A DNA stretch of 64,000 nucleotides from an uncultured bacterium (GCA_963727525.1 CAVSGO010000007.1:832001-896000), one strand, 5' to 3'. Shown: positions 27,920 to 41,474, counted from the first letter of the stretch. The notes: generated by a model from the sequence alone, not told the origin. A program made the numbers and translations.

Positions 27920-28561
27920 TCAGCCTCGGTCGGCCACGTAAGGGTTGCTTGCGCGCTCGCGCCCCACCGTCGTGTCCGGTCCGTGGCCAGGGTGCAGATC
28001 TGTGGCATCCGGGAGCGTATAGATACGCGACCGGATGCTTTTTTCCAGGGTCGCGAAGTCCCCGCCGGGCAAGTCCGTGCGCCCGACGGATCCGGCGAAG
28101 ACGCAATCTCCGACGATCGCATGCCCATCCCACGCGAACATCACATGCCCTGGCGCGTGCCCCGGGACGTGGGCCACGGCAATGGCGTCGTCGCCGAAGG
28201 GGAGGGCCAGGCCGTCCACCAGATCGGGCGCGTAGCGCGGCACCGCGGTCGACGGCAGATCATAGAAGGCCTGGTGTTCGGGCATGTGATCGATGAAGTC
28301 CACGTCCGCGGCGTGGCAGCGCAGAGGCAGGTCGAGACGGTCCTGCACGGCGGCCGCGGCGCCGACGTGGTCGAAGTGTCCATGGGTGGCCAGGAGATAG
28401 CGCACGCGGCAACCGCTGGCGTCGACGGCCTGCAGGAGCCGGTCCGCCTCGTCGCCGGGATCGATCAGCGCCGCCTCGCCACCGGCGGTACCGGTGGTCA
28501 GGAGCCAGGCGTTCATCTGCAACGGTCCGACGGTGAGGCAGGTCAGGGTCCAGGTGGCCAT
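27920..28561 (-). CDS. MBL-fold metallo-hydrolase (glyoxalase II/YcbL-like)
   Basis: THGHFDHVG, PGHAPG, GD..FAGSVGRTDLPGG, PGHGP.TT...E...NPY. Confidence 0.9.
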   Translation of the reverse strand: MATWTLTCLTVGPLQMNAWLLTTGTAGGEAALIDPGDEADRLLQAVDASGCRVRYLLATHGHFDHVGAAAAVQDRLDLPLRCHAADVDFIDHMPEHQAFYDLPSTAVPRYAPDLVDGLALPFGDDAIAVAHVPGHAPGHVMFAWDGHAIVGDCVFAGSVGRTDLPGGDFATLEKSIRSRIYTLPDATDLHPGHGPDTTVGRERASNPYVADRG

Positions 28562-28579
28562 GGCATCTCCTGAACGACG

Positions 28580-28607
28580 CGGCCGGGGTGCGGGAGCACC
28601 CCGGCCG
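28580..28607. terminator. Hairpin between ino1 and the MBL hydrolase
   Basis: cggccggggtgc-ggga-gcaccccggccg, perfect 12-bp stem. Confidence 0.5.
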
Positions 28608-28626
28608 GTGGTGGCGTCAGACGCCG

Positions 28627-29943
28627 TCAATCGTCGTAGTACTCCCGGCCGAGGTGCGTGATCAGCTCCTCGCCCATCATCCAGCGCAGGGTGTTCTTCA
28701 GCTTCTTGTGCTGGATGAAGAGGTCATGCTCCGGATAGAGCCCGGTGGGCACCACGGGGCTCTTGAAGAAGAAGCTGAGCCACTCCTGGATGCCCCCGAG
28801 GCCCGCCCGTTTGGCCAGGTCGAGGAACAGCGCGAGGTCGAGCACCAGCGGCGCGGCGAGGATCGAATCGCGGCACAGGAAATCGACCTTGATCTGCATC
28901 GGCATACCACACCAGCCGAAGATGTCGATGTTGTCCCAGCCTTCCTTGTTGTCCCCGCGCGGCGGATAGTAGTTGATGCGGACCTTGTGGTACAGGTTTC
29001 CGTAAAGGTCCGGATACAGCTCCGGCTGCAGAATCGAGCCCAGCACGCTGAGCTTCGACTCTTCCTTCGTCTTGAACGACCCGGGGTCGTCGAGCACCTC
29101 GCCATCGCGATTGCCGAGGATGTTGGTCGAGAACCAGCCGTTGATCCCCAGCATCCTGGCCTTGAATCCAGGGGCCAGGATGGTCTTCATGAGGGTCTGT
29201 CCGGTCTTGAAGTCCTTGCCACAGGTGGGACTGCCCGTCTGCTTGGCGAGTTCCTCGAGGGCGGGGACGTCACCGCTCAGGTTGGGGGCGCCGTTGGCGT
29301 AGGGGATGCCCTTCTTGATCGCGGCATAGGCGTAGATCATGCTCGGCGGAATATCCTGGTGGTCCTCTCGCAGCCCCTTCTCGAACGCCGCCATCGACTG
29401 ATGGACCTCGGAACGCTTGATGTAGATCTCGGTGGATCCGCACCAGACCATGACGAGGCGATCGCAACCGTTGGCGGCCTTGAAGTCGTCCATGTCCTGC
29501 ATCAGGGCTTCGGCCAGGGCCATCTTGTTCGCGCCCTTCTTGACGTGCTCGCCGTTGAGCTTCTTGACGTAGTACTGGTCGAATACGGCGGGCATGGGCC
29601 GGATCCCATCGATGGCCGGCTTCAGCTCGTCCAGGAGGGTCCGGTCGAGCACACCGGCCTTGACCGCAGCCTCGTAGACGGAGTCGTTGAAGATGTCCCA
29701 GCCGCCGAAGACGATGTCGTCGAGATTGGCCAGAGGCACGAAATTGCGGATCAGAGGCTGGCGGCCCTCGGTCCGTTTGCCCAGCCGGATGTGCCCGAGC
29801 TGGGTGACGCTTCCCGTCGGGAGGCGCAGACCCCGGCGCACGGCCTCCAAGCCGGAGATGAACGTGGACGACACGGCGCCCATGCCCGGGGTCAGGATTC
29901 CGAGCTTCCCGGCCGCGGGCTTGATGTCCAGCTTTTCGCCCAT
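28627..29943 (-). CDS. ino1: myo-Inositol-1-phosphate synthase
   Basis: FGGWD, NGAPN, GKDFKTGQT.MK, NILGNRDG, DSILAAPLVLDL, LSFFFKSP. Confidence 0.93.
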   Translation of the reverse strand: MGEKLDIKPAAGKLGILTPGMGAVSSTFISGLEAVRRGLRLPTGSVTQLGHIRLGKRTEGRQPLIRNFVPLANLDDIVFGGWDIFNDSVYEAAVKAGVLDRTLLDELKPAIDGIRPMPAVFDQYYVKKLNGEHVKKGANKMALAEALMQDMDDFKAANGCDRLVMVWCGSTEIYIKRSEVHQSMAAFEKGLREDHQDIPPSMIYAYAAIKKGIPYANGAPNLSGDVPALEELAKQTGSPTCGKDFKTGQTLMKTILAPGFKARMLGINGWFSTNILGNRDGEVLDDPGSFKTKEESKLSVLGSILQPELYPDLYGNLYHKVRINYYPPRGDNKEGWDNIDIFGWCGMPMQIKVDFLCRDSILAAPLVLDLALFLDLAKRAGLGGIQEWLSFFFKSPVVPTGLYPEHDLFIQHKKLKNTLRWMMGEELITHLGREYYDD

Positions 29944-30084
29944 AATCCTAAGCTCCTCTCACCAGTTGGTCGGTTGCCCTCATGGCAGTGCCCGCCCCAG
30001 GATAGGACGCATGGAGAGGGAAGGCAAAAGAAAAGAGGAGCTTACGGAACCTAAGCAAAACCACGAAATTCGCATATCCGGGGG

Positions 30085-30114
30085 TGGACATCTGACGTAA
30101 CGATATGCTAAACT
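30085..30114 (+). promoter_or_regulatory. Sigma70-type promoter for glycan cluster 1
   Basis: TGGACA, 18 nt, TAAACT with extended TG. Confidence 0.45.
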
Positions 30115-30303
30115 GTGTGCGCTTTGCGTCGGGTCGCTTGATGGCACTGCGGCGTGCGCAGTCCCCAGCCGGGGGCGCTTGCGCAAAGCCTGGTTCGCGG
30201 CGCGAGCCGGTTGACTCGAAGAAAGGAATGCATGGGCCCAGGGTAACGCGTCGGACAACTTGCTGCGAACACAATCGAGCATGCCTCGGGAGTGGGACAT
30301 AAT

Positions 30304-31038
30304 ATGAAGGACGATGCGGCTGCCCTGTCGGTGCACACGCAGAGTTTTGCTCCGTCATCTGCTGCCTTTTTCATCCCCGTCGACACCCGGCGTTTCCGTG
30401 GCCTCACCGGTGTGGCCAAACGCGGATTCGACATTGTTTGCGCGTTGATCGGGCTCATAGTAGGCCTGCCGTTCGGGCTCGTGTTTGCGTTGCTCATCAA
30501 ACGCTCGAGTTCGGGGCCGGTGTTTTTTGTCCAGGAGCGCCTGGGCAAGGACGGGCGTCCGTTCCCATTCTACAAGTTCCGCTCCATGCGCCACGACAGC
30601 GACGACGCGATCCATCGCCAGTTCGCGGCCATGTTCATCGCGGGCGACGCCGACGGTTGCAAGACCAAGAACGGCGGCAAGACGAGTTTCAAGCTGGAGG
30701 AAGATCCCCGTATCACGGGGATCGGGGGCTGGTTGCGCCGGACCTCTCTGGACGAGTTGCCGCAACTCTGGAATATCTTGCGCGGCGACATGTCCATGGT
30801 CGGGCCACGTCCGCCGATCGCGTACGAGATCGAGAATTACCAGCCATGGCATCTCGAGCGCCTCAAGGTCACGCCGGGGCTGACGGGCATGTGGCAGGTC
30901 ATGGGCCGCAGCAGCGTCTCGTTCGACGAGATGGTGCACCTCGACCTGTACTACATCAACAACTGGTCCCTGGTGCTGGATCTCCAGATCATGGCGAGAA
31001 CCATCCCGGTGGTACTGCGCGGGACCGGAGGTTTTTGA
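30304..31038 (+). CDS. Polyprenyl-phosphate sugar phosphotransferase (Bac_transf family)
   Basis: KRGFD, GPVFF.QERLG, KFRSM, DPRIT.IG..LRRTSLDELPQ, GDMSMVGPRP. Confidence 0.92.
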   Translation: MKDDAAALSVHTQSFAPSSAAFFIPVDTRRFRGLTGVAKRGFDIVCALIGLIVGLPFGLVFALLIKRSSSGPVFFVQERLGKDGRPFPFYKFRSMRHDSDDAIHRQFAAMFIAGDADGCKTKNGGKTSFKLEEDPRITGIGGWLRRTSLDELPQLWNILRGDMSMVGPRPPIAYEIENYQPWHLERLKVTPGLTGMWQVMGRSSVSFDEMVHLDLYYINNWSLVLDLQIMARTIPVVLRGTGGF

Positions 31039-31163
31039 GAGCATCACGCTTCTCAAGGTGGCCTGATTTCTTCCGAAACGTACCGTGGTGAAGCAAGAAC
31101 GCAGGGGGGCCTGCGTCTCGGGTCGGCATGCCGGCCCGCGTCGCGACGGAAAGGACGAGCGTC

Positions 31164-32189
31164 ATGATTCGAATGGGCGTCATTGGTTGCGGTTACTGGG
31201 GACCGAACCTCATCCGCAATTTCTCAAACAATCCCGACGTCGACCTCGCCGCCATTGCCGACATCGACGAGGCGCGCCTGGCGCACGTGGGGCGCCTGTA
31301 TCCGAACGCGAAGCGTCTGCGTGATCATCGCGATCTGGTGAACGACCCCACGATCGACGCTGTCGTGGTGGCCACGCCGGTATCGACGCATTTCCCGCTG
31401 GGCAAGGAAGTCCTGCTGGCAGGGAAGCACCTCTTCCTCGAAAAACCGATGGCGACGACGCCGGCCGAATGCCGCGAGCTGAACGACCTGGCCGCTGCCG
31501 CGGATCTGCAGATCATGATCGGCCACACGTTCCTCTTCACCCCGGCCGTACAGAAGATCCGGGCGCTCATGCAGTCGGGGCAGCTGGGCGACGTCTACTA
31601 CGTGTCGATCACCCGGGTGAACCTGGGCATCTTCCAGAAGGACGTCAACGTGGTCTGGGACCTGGCGCCGCACGACGTCGCCATGCTCAATCACCTCTTC
31701 GACGCGAAGCCGGAGGTCGTCAGCGCCACGGGCCGCTGCTACGTGCAGCGCGACAAGGGCATCGAGGACGTCGCGTTCCTCACCCTCGAGTATCCGGGAC
31801 GTCAGATCGCACACATCCACGTGAGCTGGCTCGACCCGAACAAGATCCGCCGCTGCACGTTCGTGGGCAGCCGGCAGATGCTGGTGTACGACGACGTGTC
31901 CCCGACCGAGAAGATCCGCGTCTACGATAAGGGTGTTGAGGTCCAGCCTCATTATGATACCTTCGGCGAGTTCCAGCTCACGCTGCGGTCGGGGGACATT
32001 TTCGTGCCCCAGATCGAACAGACGGAGCCGTTGAAGGTGGAGGCCCAGCATTTCGTGGACGCGATCCTCGGGCGCGCGGAGTCCATTTCGAACGGGACTC
32101 ACGGCCTCGAGGTGGTGGAGATCCTCGAGAAGGCGTGCCTCTCCATCAAGGCTGACGGCCGGCCCATCGAGCTCGTGTCGGGCGCCTGA
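31164..32189 (+). CDS. Gfo/Idh/MocA family oxidoreductase
   Basis: GCGYWGPNL.RN, VATP.STH, EKP, WDLAPHD, SWLDP.K.R. Confidence 0.9.
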   Translation: MIRMGVIGCGYWGPNLIRNFSNNPDVDLAAIADIDEARLAHVGRLYPNAKRLRDHRDLVNDPTIDAVVVATPVSTHFPLGKEVLLAGKHLFLEKPMATTPAECRELNDLAAAADLQIMIGHTFLFTPAVQKIRALMQSGQLGDVYYVSITRVNLGIFQKDVNVVWDLAPHDVAMLNHLFDAKPEVVSATGRCYVQRDKGIEDVAFLTLEYPGRQIAHIHVSWLDPNKIRRCTFVGSRQMLVYDDVSPTEKIRVYDKGVEVQPHYDTFGEFQLTLRSGDIFVPQIEQTEPLKVEAQHFVDAILGRAESISNGTHGLEVVEILEKACLSIKADGRPIELVSGA

Positions 32190-32246
32190 TCGGCGCGGCG
32201 CGAGGCCAGGGCTCGTCGACACTGCTCGTCGAAGCAGAGGGGTGAC

Positions 32247-33395
32247 GTGGCCTCCGCCATCCGTGTGGCCATGATCGGCCAGAAGGGCTACCCGCCGGTG
32301 CACGGGGGTATCGAGCGGCACGTCGCCGAGCTGGCGCGTCGTCTCGCGCCGCTCGGGTTCGCCGTCGATATCTACAGCCGTCCTCATTACAGCCGGCTCA
32401 CCGGTGAGACGGACGTGCCGGGCGTGCGCGTCATCCGATTGCCGAGTCTCGCCACCAAGCACTTCGACGCGATCTCCCACACCCTGCTCGCCACGGCCGA
32501 CGCGATGCGCCGGGGCGCGGACATCGTGCACTACCATGCGCTCGGCCCCGGGCTCCTGGCCTGGGCGCCGCGGTTCCTCGCGCGCCAGCGCACCGTGGTG
32601 ACGGTGCACGGGCTCGACTGGCAGCGCGAGAAATGGGGCCGGGTCGCACGCGCGGTCCTCAAGCTCGGCGAACTGGCGAGCGCACGGGCTCCGCAGCGGA
32701 CGATCGTGGTCTCCCAGGACCTCCGCGAGCACTACCTGAAGCAGCATCGCGCCGTCACGGATTACATCCCCAACGGCATCACGCCGCCCGTCTATCGCGA
32801 CGCCACCCTGCTGCAGGAAGGCGGCCTGCCGGCCACGTACATCCTCTTCGCCGCGCGCATCGTGCCGGAGAAGGGCCTGCACCTGCTCCTGGACGCGCAT
32901 GGCCGGTTGCCGGCGCCGCTGAGGCGCGCGTACCCGCTCGTCGTGGCCGGCGATGCCGGATTCACCCCGGGATACGCCACGCGGCTACGCGAGCGCGCCC
33001 ACCCGGAAGTGCACTTCCTCGGCTTCGTGCACGGGGCACTCCTGGAAACGTTGTTTTCGCAGGCGACAGTGATGGTCCTGCCGTCTGCCATGGAAGGCCT
33101 CTCGATCACGCTGCTGGAGGCGATGGCCTACGGGCGCTGCTGCCTGGTCAGCGACATCCCGCCGAATCTGGAAGCGACGGCCGGACACGCGGCGTCGTTT
33201 CCCTCCGGCGATGCCGTCGCGCTGGGCGCCGCGCTCGCGGCCCTGCTCGATGATCCCGGCCGGCGCGACGAACTGGGACGGCAGGCCCAGCTCCACGCCA
33301 TCGAGCACTATTCGTGGGATCGTGTCGCGGCCCGGACGGCGGCGCTGTACCGGGACCTCCTGGGGCGTCCGGAAGGCAGCCTTCATGCCCCCTGA
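32247..33395 (+). CDS. GT4 glycosyltransferase
   Basis: GGIERHV, TVHGLDW.R.KW, PEKG, EGLSITLLEAM. Confidence 0.9.
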   Translation: MASAIRVAMIGQKGYPPVHGGIERHVAELARRLAPLGFAVDIYSRPHYSRLTGETDVPGVRVIRLPSLATKHFDAISHTLLATADAMRRGADIVHYHALGPGLLAWAPRFLARQRTVVTVHGLDWQREKWGRVARAVLKLGELASARAPQRTIVVSQDLREHYLKQHRAVTDYIPNGITPPVYRDATLLQEGGLPATYILFAARIVPEKGLHLLLDAHGRLPAPLRRAYPLVVAGDAGFTPGYATRLRERAHPEVHFLGFVHGALLETLFSQATVMVLPSAMEGLSITLLEAMAYGRCCLVSDIPPNLEATAGHAASFPSGDAVALGAALAALLDDPGRRDELGRQAQLHAIEHYSWDRVAARTAALYRDLLGRPEGSLHAP

Positions 33396-33458
33396 ATCAG
33401 GCAACGAGCCGGTTGACATTCCTCGGGCCATCGCTTATCTACTTGTGACCAACCTGGA

Positions 33459-33534
33459 GCGGGCATAGCTCAGTTGGTAGAGCACTACCTTGCCAAGGTA
33501 GTGGTCGCGAGTTCGAGTCTCGTTGCCCGCTCCA
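33459..33534 (+). tRNA. tRNA-Gly(GCC)
   Basis: Cloverleaf; CTACC-TTGCCAA-GGTAG anticodon arm; GTTCGAG; CCA end. Confidence 0.97.
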
Positions 33535-33590
33535 ATTTTTTTTGCCCCGCGGCGTCGCGTCGACGGGGTCCGCATCGAGGCCCGCCTGTC

Positions 33591-33619
33591 TTGACAAGGT
33601 ACGTGTGGGCATTGATAAT
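33591..33619 (+). promoter_or_regulatory. Sigma70 promoter for tRNA-Cys/tRNA-Leu
   Basis: TTGACA, 17 nt, GATAAT. Confidence 0.65.
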
Positions 33620-33631
33620 TCGTTGCGGCGA

Positions 33632-33705
33632 GGCGGCATAGCCAAGAGGCAAGGCGACGGTCTGCAAAACCGTTATCCCCGGTTCGAATCCGGGTGCCGC
33701 CTCCA
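33632..33705 (+). tRNA. tRNA-Cys(GCA)
   Basis: ACGGT-CTGCAAA-ACCGT anticodon arm; GTTCGAA; CCA end. Confidence 0.97.
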
Positions 33706-33740
33706 TTTTCATGCAATGCGCTCGGCGTCGACCAGCCGGT

Positions 33741-33828
33741 GCCGGGGTGGCGAAACTGGTAGACGCAAGGGACTTAAAATCCCTCGGAGCGTTGCTCCGT
33801 GCCGGTTCGAGTCCGGCCCTCGGCACCA
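33741..33828 (+). tRNA. tRNA-Leu(TAA)
   Basis: AGGGA-CTTAAAA-TCCCT anticodon arm; long variable arm; CCA end. Confidence 0.97.
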
Positions 33829-33881
33829 TCATGTCGGCACCATCGTCCTCAACGCCATGCCGGCCGCGAGCCGGGCGCGGG

Positions 33882-35030
33882 GTGCCCTTGCGACTCGCCT
33901 TCCTCTCCATCGGCCGCCACATCCACACGGAGCGCTGGATCCGCTTTTTCGCTGCGCGCGGGCACGAGTGCCATCTGCTCACAGTGCAGCCTGGCCCGGT
34001 CGATGGCGTCACCGTCCATGACATCACCACGGCGTGGGGGCCGAAACCCTGGCGCTACCTCATGTCGCTCGGCAAGGTCCGGCGCATCCTGCGGGGCCTG
34101 CGCCCCGACCTCCTCAACACGCACTTCCTGACGGGCTATGGCTACTGGGGCCACTTCAGCGGTGTGCATCCGAACGTGCTCACCGTCTGGGGCGACGACG
34201 TCTACGTGACGCCCTTCGAGAGCCGGACAAAGCTGTGGCTGGCGCGGCGGGCGCTCGCTTCATGCGATGCGCTCACCGGCGATTCCGTCGACATCCTCAG
34301 GGCGGCGGTGTCGCTCGGGGCGGATGCGTCGCGGAGTTTCCGCGTGCTCTGGGGCGTGGATTTCACGCGCTTCCAGCCGCGTCCGGCGCCGGAGTTCCGG
34401 CAACGCTTCGGCGTGGGGCCGGACGATGTGCTCTACTTCTCGCCGCGCAGCTACACACAGCCGTATTACAATATCGACACCATCATCGCCGCGGCGGCTG
34501 TGGTACGGCGTGAGGATTCGCGCGCGCGGTTCCTCTTCGCTGGCTACGAGGGCGATCATGCCCCGTTCCTCACCATGGCGCGCGATGCCGGTCTCGGCGA
34601 CACGGTGCGGGTCGTCGGTCGTCTGCCGCACGCCGAGTTCGCAACGGCGCTGAACGCGTCCGACGTCTTCATCTCGGTTCCCTCCGTCGACGCCACGGCC
34701 GTCAGCTTGCTCGAAGCGATGGGCTGTGGGTGCGCGATCATCGTGTCGCGCCTGGCGTCGGCCCTGGAATTCGTGAAGGACGAGCAGTCGGCTCTCGTGG
34801 TAACGCCGCGCGACGTGGACGGACTCGCAGCCGCGATGCGACGGCTCGGCAACGACGCCGAGTTGCGGCGTCGCCTGGGTGCGGCCGCGCTGGCGTCGGC
34901 CCATCGTGATTGCGGGTTCGACGCCAACATGGCGCACGTCGATGCCATCTTCCGGAGGCTGATCGACGGCCAGGGCGTGTGGCCGGCCGAAGTGGCGTTG
35001 CCCGCGCTCGACACCACGGGGGCCCGATGA
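33882..35030 (+). CDS. GT4 glycosyltransferase (start approximate)
   Basis: HTERW...GHE, NTHF...YG, WGDD, S.PS.D...SLLEAMGCG. Confidence 0.88.
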   Translation: MPLRLAFLSIGRHIHTERWIRFFAARGHECHLLTVQPGPVDGVTVHDITTAWGPKPWRYLMSLGKVRRILRGLRPDLLNTHFLTGYGYWGHFSGVHPNVLTVWGDDVYVTPFESRTKLWLARRALASCDALTGDSVDILRAAVSLGADASRSFRVLWGVDFTRFQPRPAPEFRQRFGVGPDDVLYFSPRSYTQPYYNIDTIIAAAAVVRREDSRARFLFAGYEGDHAPFLTMARDAGLGDTVRVVGRLPHAEFATALNASDVFISVPSVDATAVSLLEAMGCGCAIIVSRLASALEFVKDEQSALVVTPRDVDGLAAAMRRLGNDAELRRRLGAAALASAHRDCGFDANMAHVDAIFRRLIDGQGVWPAEVALPALDTTGAR

Positions 35031-35977
35031 CGCTGTCGGTTGTCATCCCCACGAAGGACAAGGCGCCGCTGCTCGCCCGCACGCTCGACGCCCTTGACGC
35101 CCAGGACTTGCCGGGCGTTGCGTGGGAGATCGTCGTGGTCGACGATGGCTCGTGCGACGGGACCGCCGCCTTGCTCGCCCGTCGCGCGGCGGCCCCGGGT
35201 TCGCGGTTGCGACCCGTGAGTCCGGGGCGAAACGTCGGCCGGGCGGCCGCCCGCAATCTTGGCTGGCGTTCGGCCTCGGGCCGCTGGGTCGTGTTCCTCG
35301 ACGACGACATCATCGCGCCGCCGCACCTCCTCGCGGCGCATCTGCGGATCCTCGCGGCCGACCCGCGCCACGGCACGATCGGCCACGCGGTCACCGAGCC
35401 GGCCATCGTCGATGCCGCGCATTTCGCCTACCTCGACTCGCGGGGCGTGGCCAAGCTCCCGTCCGGACCGGCTCCCGCCCGCTACTTCGTCACCCAGAAC
35501 GCCGGGGTGCCGCGCGAGGCCCTGGCGGCGATCGGGGGCTTCGACGAGGGGTTCTCGGCCTACGGGTTCGAGGATATGGACATCGGATTCCGGCTGGAGG
35601 ACTGGGGCGTACGCTTCCAGGTGCTGCCGGCACCGGTCCCGCACCACATCCACCACCACACGTTCGGCGAGTACCTGGACAAGAAGCGGGTCTGCGGACG
35701 GCTCTCGCTCCCAGTCGTGGCACAGCGGCATCCCGGTCGTATCGCCGAGATGCGGCTCGACCTCATCATCGATCCCGTGGGGCGGCGGCCAGGATGGCCT
35801 AAGGCCCTGCTGAGGTCCGCCCTCCGTGGCTGGCCGGGGCGCCTGGCGGTGACGGCGGCGCGGCACTGGCCGGTGCGGGCCCATGGCGTGCCCGTCTTGC
35901 GGAGCCTCCACGCGCGCGTGATGGACGCCGCGGTGCTGGCAGCCTACTGCCAGGGTCTCGCGGAGCGTGGCGAGTAG
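35027..35977 (+). CDS. GT2 glycosyltransferase
   Basis: SVVIPT, VVDDGS.DGT, ARNLG, FLDDD, GGFDE.F..YGFEDMD.G.RL. Confidence 0.9.
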   Translation: MTLSVVIPTKDKAPLLARTLDALDAQDLPGVAWEIVVVDDGSCDGTAALLARRAAAPGSRLRPVSPGRNVGRAAARNLGWRSASGRWVVFLDDDIIAPPHLLAAHLRILAADPRHGTIGHAVTEPAIVDAAHFAYLDSRGVAKLPSGPAPARYFVTQNAGVPREALAAIGGFDEGFSAYGFEDMDIGFRLEDWGVRFQVLPAPVPHHIHHHTFGEYLDKKRVCGRLSLPVVAQRHPGRIAEMRLDLIIDPVGRRPGWPKALLRSALRGWPGRLAVTAARHWPVRAHGVPVLRSLHARVMDAAVLAAYCQGLAERGE

Positions 35978-36119
35978 TCTGCCATTTAGGCAGTTAAACC
36001 TGCCCATCAGACAGTTATTCTGTGGCAGTCGTGGCGACGACGAGTTGGCGGCGCGCGAGCGACGCTTTCAAGCATATGTAAAAACGCCACTTATATAGAT
36101 TCCGGCGCGACCGTTTCCG

Positions 36120-36135
36120 CGGCACGCGCCTTGTA
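36120..36135 (+). promoter_or_regulatory. Sigma54-like -24/-12 promoter upstream of dnaK
   Basis: CGGCACGCGCCTTGTA versus consensus TGGCACG-N4-TTGCW. Confidence 0.5.
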
Positions 36136-36143
36136 AAGGCTAG

Positions 36144-38123
<1,980 letters not shown>

Positions 38124-38143
38124 TCCGGTCAGAGATCCGGTTA

Positions 38144-38166
38144 AGGGGGTGGCCCTGCCACCCCCT
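38144..38166 (+). terminator. Hairpin after dnaK
   Basis: agggggtggc-cct-gccaccccct. Confidence 0.55.
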
Positions 38167-38188
38167 CCGAATACCGGCAAAAATTAAA

Positions 38189-38217
38189 TTGACAATCGAA
38201 TTCCCTCACCCTATGAT
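38189..38217 (+). promoter_or_regulatory. Strong sigma70-type promoter for the RpoD-family sigma gene
   Basis: A/T-rich UP element, TTGACA, 17 nt, TATGAT. Confidence 0.75.
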
Positions 38218-38366
38218 CCCGGCGCGAAATATTGACTAACAAAGTCTTGTTTTTGGCGGAACTTCGAGAGCCCGGTGGCGTATATCACGACTCTGAGCGT
38301 TGTCTTAAGAGAGCGACCGAATCGGAGCCGGCTGGCCGCCGCGCCGATGAGATAGGGAGGCATGAC

Positions 38367-39221
38367 GTGTACGAAGTCGAACTCAGCAGCGACCGTCGTG
38401 AAGATCCCAGCCTGCAGCACTACCTGCAGATGATCGGCAAGCACGACCTCCTGACGAAGGAAGAGGAATTCGCGCTCGCCCGCCGCATCCGAGGCGGCGA
38501 TAAGGTGGCCCTGGACCATCTCGTCAATGCGAACCTGCGGTTCGTCGTCAGCGTGGCCAAGAAGTTCCTGAACCAGGGGCTCAGCTACATGGACCTCATC
38601 GCCGAGGGCAACATCGGTCTGATCACGGCCGCCAAGCGCTTCGACGAGCGGCGTGACTTCCGATTCATTTCCTACGCCGTGTGGTGGATCCGCCAGGCCA
38701 TTCAGAAGGCCATCGCGGAACAGACCAACACGGTCCGCTTGCCGATCAATCGGTCCCAGCAGGCCCAGAAGATCAAGCGCAAGGCCCAGGAACTGGAGCA
38801 GAAGCACCAGCGTCCGGTGATGGAGGAGGAGATCGCCGAGGCCCTGCAGCTCAGCACGCGCAAGATGGGGCAGATCCGTGCCGCCAGCCGGCCGATGGTG
38901 TCGTTGGACCAGTCGATCTACGACGACGACGCGACCCTGGCCGATACCCTGGTCAACGCCGAGGATCCCAATCCCGAACAGGGGTACATCTCCGACGAGC
39001 TGAATCAGGAGGTTTGCGAGGCCCTGGACCTGCTCACCTTGCGCGAGCGCGACATCGTGATGCGGTATTACGGACTGGGCGACCAGGAGACGTCGTCCCT
39101 CGAGGCGATCGGGCAGGACATCAACCTTTCGCGCGAGCGGGTGCGGCAGATCCGCAACCAGGCGTTGAAGAAGATCCGGCAGGCCGTCAACGGCGAGAAG
39201 CTGGTCGACTTCCTCGATTGA
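38367..39221 (+). CDS. RpoD/SigA-family sigma factor, short form lacking region 1.1
   Basis: SLQHYL..IGK..LLT.EEE, ANLRFVVSVAK, FISYAVWWIRQAI, LSRERVRQI; GGGAGG RBS before GTG 38367. Confidence 0.9.
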   Translation: MYEVELSSDRREDPSLQHYLQMIGKHDLLTKEEEFALARRIRGGDKVALDHLVNANLRFVVSVAKKFLNQGLSYMDLIAEGNIGLITAAKRFDERRDFRFISYAVWWIRQAIQKAIAEQTNTVRLPINRSQQAQKIKRKAQELEQKHQRPVMEEEIAEALQLSTRKMGQIRAASRPMVSLDQSIYDDDATLADTLVNAEDPNPEQGYISDELNQEVCEALDLLTLRERDIVMRYYGLGDQETSSLEAIGQDINLSRERVRQIRNQALKKIRQAVNGEKLVDFLD

Positions 39222-39254
39222 CCGCCTTATCGCACGTCCGCATGACACACCGTG

Positions 39255-39281
39255 GCACGGGAGGCAACACGCCTCCCGTGC
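39255..39281 (+). terminator. Hairpin after the sigma gene, abutting the tRNA-Val -35 (TTGACT)
   Basis: gcacgggaggc-aacac-gcctcccgtgc followed by ttgact. Confidence 0.6.
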
Positions 39282-39323
39282 TTGACTTCCGGGCCCTTTC
39301 TGATAACTTAGCGGGCCTCTGGT

Positions 39324-39401
39324 GGGCGATTAGCTCAGCTTGGTTAGAGCGCTTGCTCGACACGCAAGAGGTCACTGGTTCGAGTCCAGTATCGCCCACC
39401 A
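39324..39401 (+). tRNA. tRNA-Val(GAC)
   Basis: CTTGC-TCGACAC-GCAAG anticodon arm; GTTCGAG; CCA end. Confidence 0.93.
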
Positions 39402-39488
39402 CCCCCGACACGTTTTCGAGGTGGCGCTTCCCGTCCCACCTCGTTTTTTTAGGGCCAACATCCAGGACCCTTCCCAGGCGGTGAGGCT

Positions 39489-41411
<1,923 letters not shown>

Positions 41412-41474
41412 GTTTCGGGGTCATCTCGAATAACAGGGTCCGGCGGCGGGATAGGCAGCACGGACCCTCAAGGC

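Noticed and set aside
33459..33828. tRNA cluster among glycosyltransferases as an island integration site
   Set aside because: No integrase, no duplicated tRNA 3' end noticed, and no compositional shift; Gly-Cys-Leu is a common tRNA cluster.
33741..33828. bldA-like regulation by tRNA-Leu(TAA)
   Set aside because: TTA codons occur in housekeeping genes such as fabG; no evidence of regulatory use.
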